DNA of 63,838 nucleotides, filler included, from Collodictyon triciliatum (lineage: Eukaryota): assembly GCA_043381765.1 (NCBI GenBank). It is 5 parts of 5 records of this genome, joined end to end, with 100 filler letters (N's around TTAATTAATTAA, not from the genome) between each part and the next. Parts side by side here need not be neighbours in the genome. Positions count along the whole stretch, not along the records: positions 1 to 26,773 come from JBHJMP010000412.1; 4 more parts are not named here. The stretch is one strand, 5' to 3'. The stretch's first letter is position 1; every line of letters begins with the position of its first letter. Below, piece after piece: positions 1 through 11,302 of the stretch. The notes beneath the pieces were generated by a model. It made no database searches. It was given only the letters and a program-made list of their open reading frames with translations, and had not been told where the DNA came from. Position numbers and translations under genes: made by a program.

Positions 1-95
1 CAAACAAACAAACAAACAAACAAACAAACAAACAAACAAACAAACAAACAAACAAACAAACAAACAAACAAACAAACAAACAAACAAACAAACAA
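1..95 (+). repeat. (CAAA)n microsatellite
   Basis: Perfect tandem CAAA from base 1; a (GTTTT)n tract follows at ~140-240. Confidence 0.95.
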
Positions 96-145
96 AAAAA
101 AAGCAGGACTGACAGAACGGAAACATTTCATCTTTTTATTGTTTT

Positions 146-177
<32 letters not shown>

Positions 178-189
178 TGTTTTGTTTTG

Positions 190-220
<31 letters not shown>

Positions 221-2703
221 TGTTTTGTTTTGTTTTTTTATTGTTTTTTTTTATCGTTTTATTGAGCTCTCTTTTAATATTTTGTTTCACTGGGTTTCTC
301 CCTTTTCTTTTGCTCATCTAGATTTTTTTGTTATGCTTTTATAGGAGTAATAATTTGAGTTTTATAGCTGTTCGGTCATAACATAATATTTCGATATAAT
401 CCTTATGTAAATCATGCCACCATTAAATCTCAAAAAAAAATGATAATTATAATATTGCAACATTTACCAATACTTAATCCCAGAGAAGGCTGGCGTAAAA
501 CACAGTAACTAGCAGTGTCACAAACCGCCACCTCCTGCTAATCTTTCATTGTATGTAACATATCTGCATAGAGCTATCCATGCACCATACCCCAAGTCAG
601 CTACATATGTGAGTACATTATGGATACATCCTAATAATGAAATTATATATATATAACATATTTTTTTAAAGGAACCGATTTTATTATGCTAAGCAATAGC
701 ATTCCACAGCCACTTTTTTTTTTAAAAAAAAAGTAATACCTGCTCTTGATAAAGTTCAAAGAAAACCGGAGTAGGTAACCTGGGGTGAGTGTGTTTTCGC
801 CAAATACTTCGGGTTTTCCAAGTAGCACTGTATACGACTTCCATTTTCACATTCAATATCGTCGACTTAAACCTAAGATTATTTTTTATGCCTCAGACAA
901 TTGCAACTCTTTCTTAACTTTTAATCATGTCCCTTATCATTGAAGTATTGATGCGTATTCGTTACGTTTTGGTATGTGCATTAGATTATGGCCAAAAAAA
1001 ATTGATTCAAGATCTAAAAAAAAATGTTTGGCAAATTAAGTTATTTTTAACCTTATTAACATAAATCAGTAATAAACGTATACATACTATGCTGAAACAC
1101 TAAAAAAATCAAAATTTTAGCAAGACAAAAATACCAAAGTATGTCCTCCAGTAAAAAAAAAAGTATTTAAGAGACATAAGAAAATGATGGCATGGTTTCC
1201 CTAACTTAACATAAAATACCCAATGTCAACAGCATTAAGATATTCCCTTGTCATCATAATACTATCGATCCCTACTTGCTCAAGCATAAATATACTTGGG
1301 CCAAAAACTAGGAAGAAATAATCCACCAACATTTTTATCCACAATCCACATATATAAACACCCTAGTCCACCGACTCTCGCTATATGAAGCAAAAACTCT
1401 CCAAAATATTTAATGCATGTAAAAAAAAAGCTGCTCATAGGTTTAACGTGTATCCAAGGATTTCGCAAACTATTTTAAATCGTGCTGTCCGCATTATAGG
1501 TACTAATAGTCCATCATTCTGGTGCTTTAAAATAAAGAAAATATGTACCAGATGGTCAAAACCAACCCTTTAAAAAGTAAACAAATATATCAAAGTAACC
1601 TAGACTCAATAAACATGACTTCATGAACAGTTTCTTTCTAATAAAATTTGCCTTATCATTTTCCTGTAAGCCACATATTACAAAGACCAATATGTAGTAG
1701 ATAGCGCAATACAAATCAGATTTACGACTCAAAAACAAAATATTTTCCCCTCCTTCATATTGAAGTCTTTTTAACATAATCATATGCCAAACATGAATTT
1801 TACAAATAAATATATTTCAAAAACGATGAATACACCCTTTTCTGTATTATATTCATTTCGTTGCAAGAAATGAGACACATGATTTATTCAACTATTCAAC
1901 TCTTCTTAACAAGTCATTCACAAATGATACAAAAGAAGATTTTGAGATATCAATAAGCCACTACATACTGCAAGCGTAATCACAGTCTACAAGAGCCAAC
2001 AGTGATAAGAAAGCCTAAGCACATTTTTTTTTAAAAAAAAATCACTATATTTACGTTTTAATAGTAATTTTATTGATACATGTAAATCAGAGCAATAATA
2101 AATGAACTGGTTAAATAATGTTGAACCATAAAACACACAAGATAATCAACTTTCTTTGTCTGACATAAGTGTGTTCCTTTATTTAAACGTACCAACATCG
2201 TCCAAACGTTCGATATATCTTACTAAATAAAATGTACATAACCGTTTTGTACTTAATTTCGAATTAACAAAGTCGCATTTGCATTTCGTTTTCTTTTTTT
2301 ATTTTTTCATTTTATTTTATTGTTTCTCTAAATTTGTGCAATATGATGGAGGTTTCGACTTTTGTACAATATCTTTTCTTCTACTGTCCAATAATACAGT
2401 TGTACCTCCGCTACGTAGAAGTCGTACGATTCGGATTTGGCTACATTTCAGGTCAAAACAGGAACTGAATTAAGGATTCCCTCCTATGCACTCAGTAGGT
2501 TCAACAACAATCTTATCACATGTAAAGCTATAATAGCCTAGAATCTAGATTTCAACATCATACATGGCCAGTTTCCTCGGACTAAAAAAAATTTTGCATA
2601 ACAATTGATTAAAAATAGTATTAAAAGAGACATTTCATACCGGTCTAGTATTCAGTTTAACATAAATAATTTTACAAATTCGTAAGCATTACAGTTCTTG
2701 AGG

Positions 2704-2719
2704 CCATCTTATTCACTAT
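2704..2719. repeat. 16-bp target-site duplication, left copy
   Basis: CCATCTTATTCACTAT, identical to 4514-4529; abuts the poly(A/T) tail. Confidence 0.9.
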
Positions 2720-4513
2720 TTTTTTTTTTTTTTGGTTTCTTTTCAACAGTTTATTGAGATAAAAACAAAGCCGAGGAAACCGCCTTCGCCTCTAGGACAA
2801 AAATGAGCTGTGGACAAGACAAAAGAAAGTACCGGATTGTGTGGTTGGAGATTTTGTGTTTTGGGTGGAAAGAAAAAGAAAAAGAAATAGAAAGGAGAGA
2901 AAGTGTTCTCACACGCAGACTATTCTACCCGAGGTGAATCAGCTCCAACGCGATTTCTGGTTGTATTCGAGACTGACAGAAGAGCGGATAAAGTTGTCGG
3001 GTCGATGAAAGTACGCACATGGCAGTTACTTCTCAAATCGATTCCGACGAGTCCTTTCAACCGTCTATCTCAGACAAGATTTACATCCTATTTCATTCCA
3101 CTGGATGAGTCTTTTGAGGGGACAACGGGTCACTTTCCTTGCGTTTCTTGCTGGGCGACTCTGACAAAAAGCGATACATCGTTGTTTGTATGGTATTACT
3201 GACAATGGCGCTTGACCGTCCCCTGGTTTCGGAACCATGCGTAGCTGGCAGTGGACTTTGCCTAACCGGAGTATGGCCACACGTTTGTGGTTTTAGAAAC
3301 ATACACTTGTTTGTTCGGACTGTCTTTGGTGTGTGAAGTTCCAAGCTCGGATTCGATTTGTGCTGTTTGTTCTTGCTCCTTGGTTCTCGGTGCGACAGGC
3401 TGGGGCAGGGTAAACGGACTATCTTTGGTGGGCGCTGGTTCTTGTGTTGCCTTCGATTTGGAGTATCCTTTCGGATAAGTAACGAAGACTGCCTTGTTGC
3501 CTCCTATGTTAACCATATTCACGTCTGTCTGAATGGGTAGTTTAAGGGGGGATTTCTTTCGGGGTTTGGAGATGCGCTGCTCTTGGGTCTTGCGATGTAC
3601 GGGCTTGTCCGGTGTTGGCGGTGGAGGGCTCAAATGCAAAGATTCTGAAGAGGAACCGAGATTTCCTTCCATGTCATCGTCGCTGTCGCTGTATGCGCGT
3701 ATATCTGCTGTGAGTCTTGCGGGCTCAGTTGTTGTCTGGCCTTGGCTTCCTTGACCCCGTTGCTGCTTGTCTGCTTGGCAGGTGTATTCTTTTGCGGGGC
3801 TTTTACTTGTCGTTCGTTATTCGCGGCTGGCGGACGCTCTTTGAGGATGCGCTTTGGACACTTTTTGCCCATAACCGTAAACTTTGCAGGGAGCTGGTTC
3901 TTGTGACAAAGAAGCTTCACCACGGCCGTGTCTGTGGATAAGCCTTTGTCCTTTTTGATCTCCGCGTGGGTCGGTCTGAACGGCTTCAGCTCCTCACGAA
4001 GGAGTTGCGGCCACACGTCCAGCGGTAGTTGGTAGAGCATCACCGAGGTCTCTGTTGGTTTACTTCTGCTGGAGCTGATCGTAATATCGATCAAACTTAC
4101 CTGCCTCAGTTCCAGAAGCTTTCGGGCGTTTTCTGCAGTGCGGAAGGCGATCAGGCAAAGGCCTTCGCTATACGGTAAGCGCAATCGGATGGACTCTTCC
4201 CAAAGTTTGTCCGCTTTCAAAAAGGAGGCGAGCGCATCGGTGAGCCTGCGGGTCTTGTTCTTGTTGTAAACGACTTGCTCGACCCCGTGCAAAAAATACT
4301 GTCCGATCAGACAAACTTGCAGGCAGCTTCCTTGCGCGGGTCTTCCTAGACTTACGTGCAACTCGGGGTTTTTCCGCGCCAGCGTTGGAACCAGAAGAAC
4401 TGGCTGCAACTTGCAAAGCCTTCGACGGGTCGCAGCTTGCGCCGATCTCCCCGTCTCGGCTTGTGTTTTCCATCAGGCGCGGGAAGCTTGATTGAAAATC
4501 AGGCGCGGGAACC
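2720..4513 (-). mobile_element. Non-autonomous ORF1-only non-LTR retroposon (HAL1-like), copy 1
   Basis: Flanked by the direct repeat CCATCTTATTCACTAT (2704-2719 and 4514-4529). On the minus strand AATAAA (2755-2750) is followed by a 15-nt poly(A) (T-run 2719-2733). It carries one long frameshifted ORF1-like reading frame and no EN or RT motifs. A homologous copy lies at 61840-63604. Confidence 0.8.
3093..4473 (-). pseudogene. LINE ORF1p-like (tandem RRM-type plus low-complexity tail) ORF with three frameshifts, ~460 codons
   Basis: ORF-track pieces 4168-4473, 3630-4409, 3262-3672 and 3093-3344 join at indels near 4293, 3700 and 3310. The core LIAFRTAENARKLL...TSVMLYQLPLDV..QLLREELKPF...TDTAVVKL....LPAKFTVMG resembles the L1/Tx1 ORF1 RRM pattern. 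Confidence 0.65.
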
Positions 4514-4529
4514 CCATCTTATTCACTAT
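4514..4529. repeat. 16-bp target-site duplication, right copy
   Basis: CCATCTTATTCACTAT, identical to 2704-2719; abuts the element 5' end. Confidence 0.9.
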
Positions 4530-6662
4530 ATATATCAGCGTCGCTGTAATTAACTTTCCTTTAATTACAATTAATATAATATACCTTATACGCTATGAAC
4601 ACAAAAAAATCATTCTTGATGCAACAAAAGTAACATGGAGATTAAAAAATCACTATCCTCGATGGATTATGTGATGCAATAATATTAATATATTCTGCCA
4701 TTTTAATATTTTATTCATAATTTTTTGATTATCTTGCACAATATTGCTGATATCGATGCATGTCATTCCTCACCAATTCACATCTATTTACATTTATTTG
4801 CATCTTTTTGATTGTTTCTCATCATTTCCACTTTACCCTCATCAATCTGCATACATTCTTATCAATCCACATTAATTACTTTATTCGCACTACATCCCAA
4901 TATTCCCCCATCTGCTTTCTATGTCATGTGCCTCTGTCTCTTGTTTTATTACCCTTGCTTCATTTGCTGCACTTCTTCGCTAGTTATCCTATGTGCTGTC
5001 TTGTGTCCCTCCCACGCCGTGCCATCCACCTACCATTCTTGTTAGTGACTGTTTGTTCTATAATAACACTCCAACTACCTGTTCTCCTTATCCCCTTCTC
5101 TCTATATACCCTCCCTCCACAAAAAAAAAAAAAAAAAATTGGCCCTAACCCTATAAAGCAAAGGTACATGATATTCATACTATGTTAGGTGCCCCTGAAT
5201 AACAAAACAAACAAATAAAACAACAAAACAAACAATAGGATAATATTGTCATTTTTTATTTAACAAAAATGAGGTATGCAAATCTTCGGAAAATCAATTT
5301 AAAATTAAACACCAATGCTCCTGATATACTTATTGGGAGAGAAAAAACAGCCGAGACAGGAGATAAATGGCTGAGCACAATAACACAACATATTGATAAG
5401 CAACAAATCATTCAAGAGCAGAGTATTTGATAATTAAAGCGGTAAATATATCTCAAGAAATGCACACAATGTTCTTTTATTTGGATTGATTTAATTCCTA
5501 CGTGCAGAGTTCAAATAATACCGGCATCAAAAAATGGCCCTGAAACTCATCTTGACTCCACTTGGGTTAACAAAGCTTGTCATTTTTATGTTAATGGCGA
5601 ATTATTTTTATTTTATTTATTTTTTTTTTTTGCATTAGGATACGTTTCCTTCGGGCAATCGGATTTACTCGAATAGGAACTAAAGCTTGGAGAAAATCGA
5701 ACTAAGAACAAAGGATGTATTTGATGACTTTATAGTTGGTCGCTGCTTATCATAATTTATTGAAAGGGCCACTAGAAAATCCATGGGGAGCTAGCATTCT
5801 CGTTTATTTGCGCATTTTTCTGTATTTTCAATATATTTATCTGCCATTAACTCTATTTTATGATTTTCCATAAGCATCTCGGCAGTAAGTCAGCTATTGA
5901 CGAGCAACTTGTCGAAGGGAACCTCATGGTTACTGTTTGTTAGTTTCTAAAATCGAATGCACAATACGAGGGCGTTATCAAGCCAATTTATTTCGATTGA
6001 TTGGCTTGCATCCTTTATACTCATACTCGAATGAAATACGGTTTACACATATGGGTGACTGGTATGATTAATATTACTTTTAGAGTTTGTTATCACTATT
6101 CACTAGCGAAAGATATCAACTAAAAATATCACTTGCCCTGGCTCCGATTTTCATTTCTTCATATTATTTTTTTTTATTGCTATCTTATTGCTTAATTCTT
6201 GTTTTTTGTATGAAGTCTTCCATGATTTTACTTAGTCTTTCAAGACCTTGGTCTAGAAGAAAAAAACTTTGTTATTCTCATTCCCACATGGATTCTGCTC
6301 TACAAAGTGCCGGATAAAAAAAAAAGGAAGAAAAAGCCAGAAGGCAAGCATTGACCGTCGTCCTTCACTACCCCAAACAAAGGCATGCAGGACTATTCCC
6401 AACCAGAATGGCAAACCAACAACTAGGACGCAGTGAAAACTGAATGCATACATTCGAAAGTAAACCCCCAAAGAAAAACCTCAGGAAAAACAGAGTGGAG
6501 ATATCTTTTTTTTTTGTCAGAGAATAAGAAAAAAGAAAAAAGAAGAAAAAGAAAAAAAAGAAGCAGAGCTAAGGTCGGCCAATCTCATTCACTCGACCAC
6601 GTTTGCAGAGGCCAACAAGAAATAATGCCCTGTAGGTTACTACGGAAGCCAAAGCCACCGAA

Positions 6663-9452
6663 ATGATGCGGCCCGTGTTGCAAAGAGGGTCCGAGCCAAA
6701 GTCCAAACACTCCGGCCACCTCCCACCACACGCATCTGCCCATATCGATCCGCAAACAATCACGGTCGTGTCAAAGTCACTGACCAAACAGCCGTCAAGT
6801 CCGCCCAATCCTCCGATTCGCAGTCAGACTAAAGGAACTAGAACGACCCGCACAAAGGCACACGAGGCGAAAGATATTATGCGACGAGCAAATGGTACTG
6901 GGACGAAGCTGCAGAGTCCACACTCGTTTGCAGCTAAGGGCTTGTCAGGCTCTGATGCTTCAAGCGAAGCAAGTAATGAGGACACCCGAGGTTTTTACTT
7001 TGTCATGATATATTCTTGTGACATCCTTTTCATCTTCTATCTTTGGTTTTTTCTCATCATTTTCTTTTCTTTTCTTTTCTTTTCTTTTCTTTTCTTTTCT
7101 TTTCTTTTCTTTTCTTTTCTTTTCTTTTCTTTTCTTTTCTTTTCTTTTCTTTTCTTTTTTTTTATTTATTTGCCTATGAATGCGTAAGCAAATCAGTCTA
7201 TTGAAAAAGAAAAATTCATCTTTTAGCTTCCGACTCTGATGAGCCTGTCGATGTTCATCATACTGTTTATGGTGGGATTTCTCAAAAGGTCGGATCTTAT
7301 GCTATAATTGAAGGCTGCATTAGGACACATGATGATAGTGACGGTGAGAGTGATGGCGTGGAATATGATATTATCGAAGAGTCACTTTCCACCATCATTG
7401 AAGATTATGCCCCGAGCTCCATGATGTCCTTCGGAAATGAAGAGGTTATTTCTGCAAATGAAATGGTTTTATTTCAATGGTGTTATCCCATTTTTAACTT
7501 TTCATAAATACAAAACTATTATGATGCGTTGACTCGTTTATGTATTTATATTTTTTGCTTAGTTTTGGGATGCTGATTCATCCACAAAGACACAAAAGAT
7601 GCTAGACTCTGTTGAGAACTATTTATACAAAGGTTGATTCTTGTGAACCGTAGTAAACACAAAGATTAAAATAACTATCAAAACAAAACAGAAAAATAAG
7701 GTTGTAATAATTACGCTTAATTGCATTGCCCTTTTTTTCCTTCGTAGACGGCGCATTTGAAGGGGAAAAGAGTGTTATACCTGAATGTGTGATTTGGTCA
7801 GAATTGTTTCCGCACCTCCGGTATTTCAAAATATTTTAAAAAAATATTGCATTCAGCCATTGTATTTATATATGTATATAAAAAGAAGTTTAAACCATTC
7901 TGATAACAGGGTCTCTGGTACATCTTTGTTCCCTTCTCTTCCAAGTAACCATGTTGCTCTTTATTCAAAGAGTCCACCCACAAACCACGAGCCCACAAAC
8001 GGAACTGTTTGCAGGCTTAACTCTTTCGAGTCTACTGGGCAGCGAAGCAAACTGAATAATCAAACTGCCCAAGTCCACTTCGTTTCTCAAAAATCAAACA
8101 CGGCGCCAAACCGCTATTCTTTCTCCTCCTTTCATTCCGACTTGCCACAGATGCTAGTCCGCGGGTTTCCCGTGACCATTCAATATTCCTCGCATGAGTA
8201 AGTGCAAATATGTTGACGCTTTTTCTCATTATCAGAGAGGAAGAAAAGAGTGAACAATTCGTGCATATCGCGTGTAAAAGAACTATTTTTAACTCTTTTT
8301 TTTTTGTTTGTTTTTTGGAAATCATGCCTCTATTCGTATAGAGCTGAAGAGGTATTGGCCCAGCATGGAGAATATGATGAGATTCTTGCGCAGGACTCAA
8401 AGTATTTACAAATCAAAATATATCTATCAAACTCGGTTTCACTCTTCAATACCCGATGAAAACAGATTCTAATAACATTCTTTTTTCCCTTCATCCATTT
8501 TCTCTTTGATTGAAATCCAGGTGCTTCACCTCATTTGTTCATGCAAACCAACAAAACGACGTAAAAATACCAAAATTAACGGAGCCGCAGTCACCTCGCA
8601 CAATCAAGATTCAGAGAAGAAAAGCCAAGAAGGAACAGGCTGGTTTCCCACCACTCTCGCCAGATGCTTCAATAAAAGATGGTAACCGAATGATGATTAT
8701 AAAATCGATAAAAAAAAAGTATTTGTCTCGGAAAATCTGCATACCTATCTATCCATTTTCTCTTTGCTAAACATCGATAAATATATGAAAAAATTTCCCT
8801 TTTCAACGTTTTTGCTTTCTGTAGAAATAATTTCGGCCTTGTTTGATATCTCATGGGAGCGAATCAGACCGAATTTAGAATCACTCGTCATGCTTCGAAT
8901 ATCTGGTCAGCTCTGATGATTATACGGTCATAAAAATCATTTGAATATGTTTGGTATCTTTTTTCTTTTTTAGATATACAATGGTAACATTAACAAGATG
9001 AAAGGAGACATTTTATAGCGCATTTAAAAGAGAGATATAGTAATAGGAAGTTAAAAATAACACTCGATAACTGATTCATCTAAACAGGAGAAATGAGAAT
9101 CGAGAGCCTTTCGTCAGATAATGTACGCGACGTATTCGTTGATGTTTATATATCAGTTTGTAGAGTCTCTTTTCATTTTTTTTCATTTCCTTTATTCATG
9201 ATAATACCTACGCTGTGTTTTGCTTTGTTTTCTTGTGTTTTCTTGTGTTTTCTTGTGTTTTCTTGTGTTTTCTTGTGTTTTCTTGTGTTTTCTTGTGTTT
9301 TCTTGTGTTTTCTTTTGTTTGCTGTTTGCCTGTAGGAAAAGGATGGAACTTTCAACCAAAGAGGCCACTTAAGTCGGGACATGTCTCGAGGACCTTCTCG
9401 TGCGATTCAATTAAATGAAATGATTAATATAGATAATCAAAGTTACTGGCGA
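6663..9452 (+). CDS. FAM149: FAM149-family (DUF3719) protein, multi-exon; 3' end uncertain (may extend towards ~10440)
   Basis: Spliced exons give SFGNEE|FWDADSSTKTQKMLDSVENYLYK|..PECVIWSELFPHLR|VSG (7227-7920), EEVLAQHGEYDEILAQD (~8343-8400) and GFPPLSPDASIKD|EIISALFDISWE (~8640-8905). These are the conserved FAM149 blocks, in order, with GT-AG introns. Confidence 0.8.
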
Positions 9453-9905
9453 TGTACATGTTTTCCTGCAGCAGTTTTAAAATTTTATTATAATCCGCTT
9501 TTGTAGAAGAATTGAATAATAACCGGTAGTTTGACTTACATATGCTGATATATAGGCCAGTCTATCCAAAGACCTCGAACGGATGACTCGGGACACAGAA
9601 TGAACGGAACTCTACTGGAATCCGCAATGATGATTCGAAGTGTTGCTCTTCATCAACGGCCCGCAAAGTATAATCAAATACTCGTACAAGCAACAATTCT
9701 AGTATGCACATGCTAGATATGTTTGACCTACATATTTGTATTTCTTTCTATTAGGGCTCTTGGGAGGGTTTATGGCTCAGAGCCTGATTCGCCTCCACTC
9801 GAAGCTAGAAGAGCTGCCAAGGCCTGCCTCAATACGGTAATTTTCCCTTCCGTCGTTTTCTTCGATATATTTAAAAATCTAGCCATCTCTTTGTTGTTAT
9901 CATCT

Positions 9906-10011
9906 GATTTGATTTGATTTGATTTGATTTGATTTGATTTGATTTGATTTGATTTGATTTGATTTGATTTGATTTGATTTGATTTGATTTGATTTGATTT
10001 GATTTGATTTG
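9906..10011 (+). repeat. (GATTT)n microsatellite
   Basis: Perfect pentanucleotide tandem. Confidence 0.95.
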
Positions 10012-11302
10012 ACTTGTTCATTCATTCTCTCATGAGTTAGTAACTTATCCAAATACTTACATTATCAGATGCTGAAAGACTCTAAAAAAGGACACACCGA
10101 TGAAGAACCGGATACGGATATCAATTCACCGTATTCTTTCATTCTCGTTTTCTATGAAGAGGGTTTAGTACATGCAAATTGACGCAACATAGATCCAATT
10201 TTTTGAAAAATTCATTTAAAATTAAATATTCAAAATGCTACTTTTATGGTAATGACAATGACAGCATATTCCCATCTATCCAAATCAACGGACGTGTAAA
10301 CAAACGACTCCCGCTGTCTGCTACGGCAGACCTGCTTGCCCCAACAGATGCTTCCAGGTTGACTGCCGCCGATGTTTTTTTTATCGCGGGAATGTGCTCC
10401 TTGTACAATATTGGTCTCTTCTCACAACAAATACCATAGGGTCTTGAAGCTTCCGCCGATCGGGCTCTCGCAGAGGACGTAATCAAATTGCATTCAGTAT
10501 TGTATAGCTCCCTCCTTTCATGGCTGAAGAAACCTTTCCATAATCACTCCAGGAAGTCGTCACACGGAAGCCGGTCTAATTCTCGAAAATAGATTAAGAC
10601 CAAGTGAGAGTAATCGCTGCATATATCCTTTGTTTTTATTTTGTTTTTTGTTTTTGTTTTTGTTTTTGTTTTTGTTTTTGTTTTTGTTTTTGTTTTTGTT
10701 TTTGTTTTTGTTTTTGTTTTTGTTTTTGTTTTTGTTTTTNNNNNNNNNNNNNNNNNNNNNNNNNNNNNNNNNNNNNNNNNNNNNNNNNNNNNNNNNNNNN
10801 NNNNNNNNNNNNNNNNNNNNNNNNNNNNNNNNNNNNNNNTTTTGTTTTTGTTTTTGTTTTTGTTTTTGTTTTTGTTTTTGTTTTTGTTTTTGTTTTTGTT
10901 TTTGTTTTTGTTTTTGTTTCTGTTTTTTTTTATATCGATATCATGACAAAATTTTGATAACATATTGATTCATGGTGGATAGTATAAGGCGTTATGGAAG
11001 ATTTGTACTATGATGGGCTACGTCGCTGTATGAATAGTGTAATATGCCCTGCAAGATATATGTATGGACCGTCTATTTCTGTCAAAAATAAAAATAAATT
11101 GCCGATATTCCCATGCAAGCATCTCAAATATATTCCCATGAATGAGTAATTGTGCTGATTACATGTGAGATTTAATATTTCATACATCACTAACCCCTCC
11201 TTTATGCGATTCAAAGTAAAACAAGATTATGCCGCACAAGGGGCAAGATAGGGTGGGTATGGTAGAAAGCAAACACGAGTAGGAGACCTTACTGTGAAGA
11301 CA

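Noticed and set aside
1-95. (CAAA)n at the window start as a telomere
   Set aside because: Not a typical telomeric unit, and the other contig ends here also lie in assorted microsatellites.
480-2470. Possible small minus-strand exons (e.g. RVGGLGCLYMW, DLGYGAWIALCRY)
   Set aside because: No consistent frame or recognisable family could be assembled by eye.
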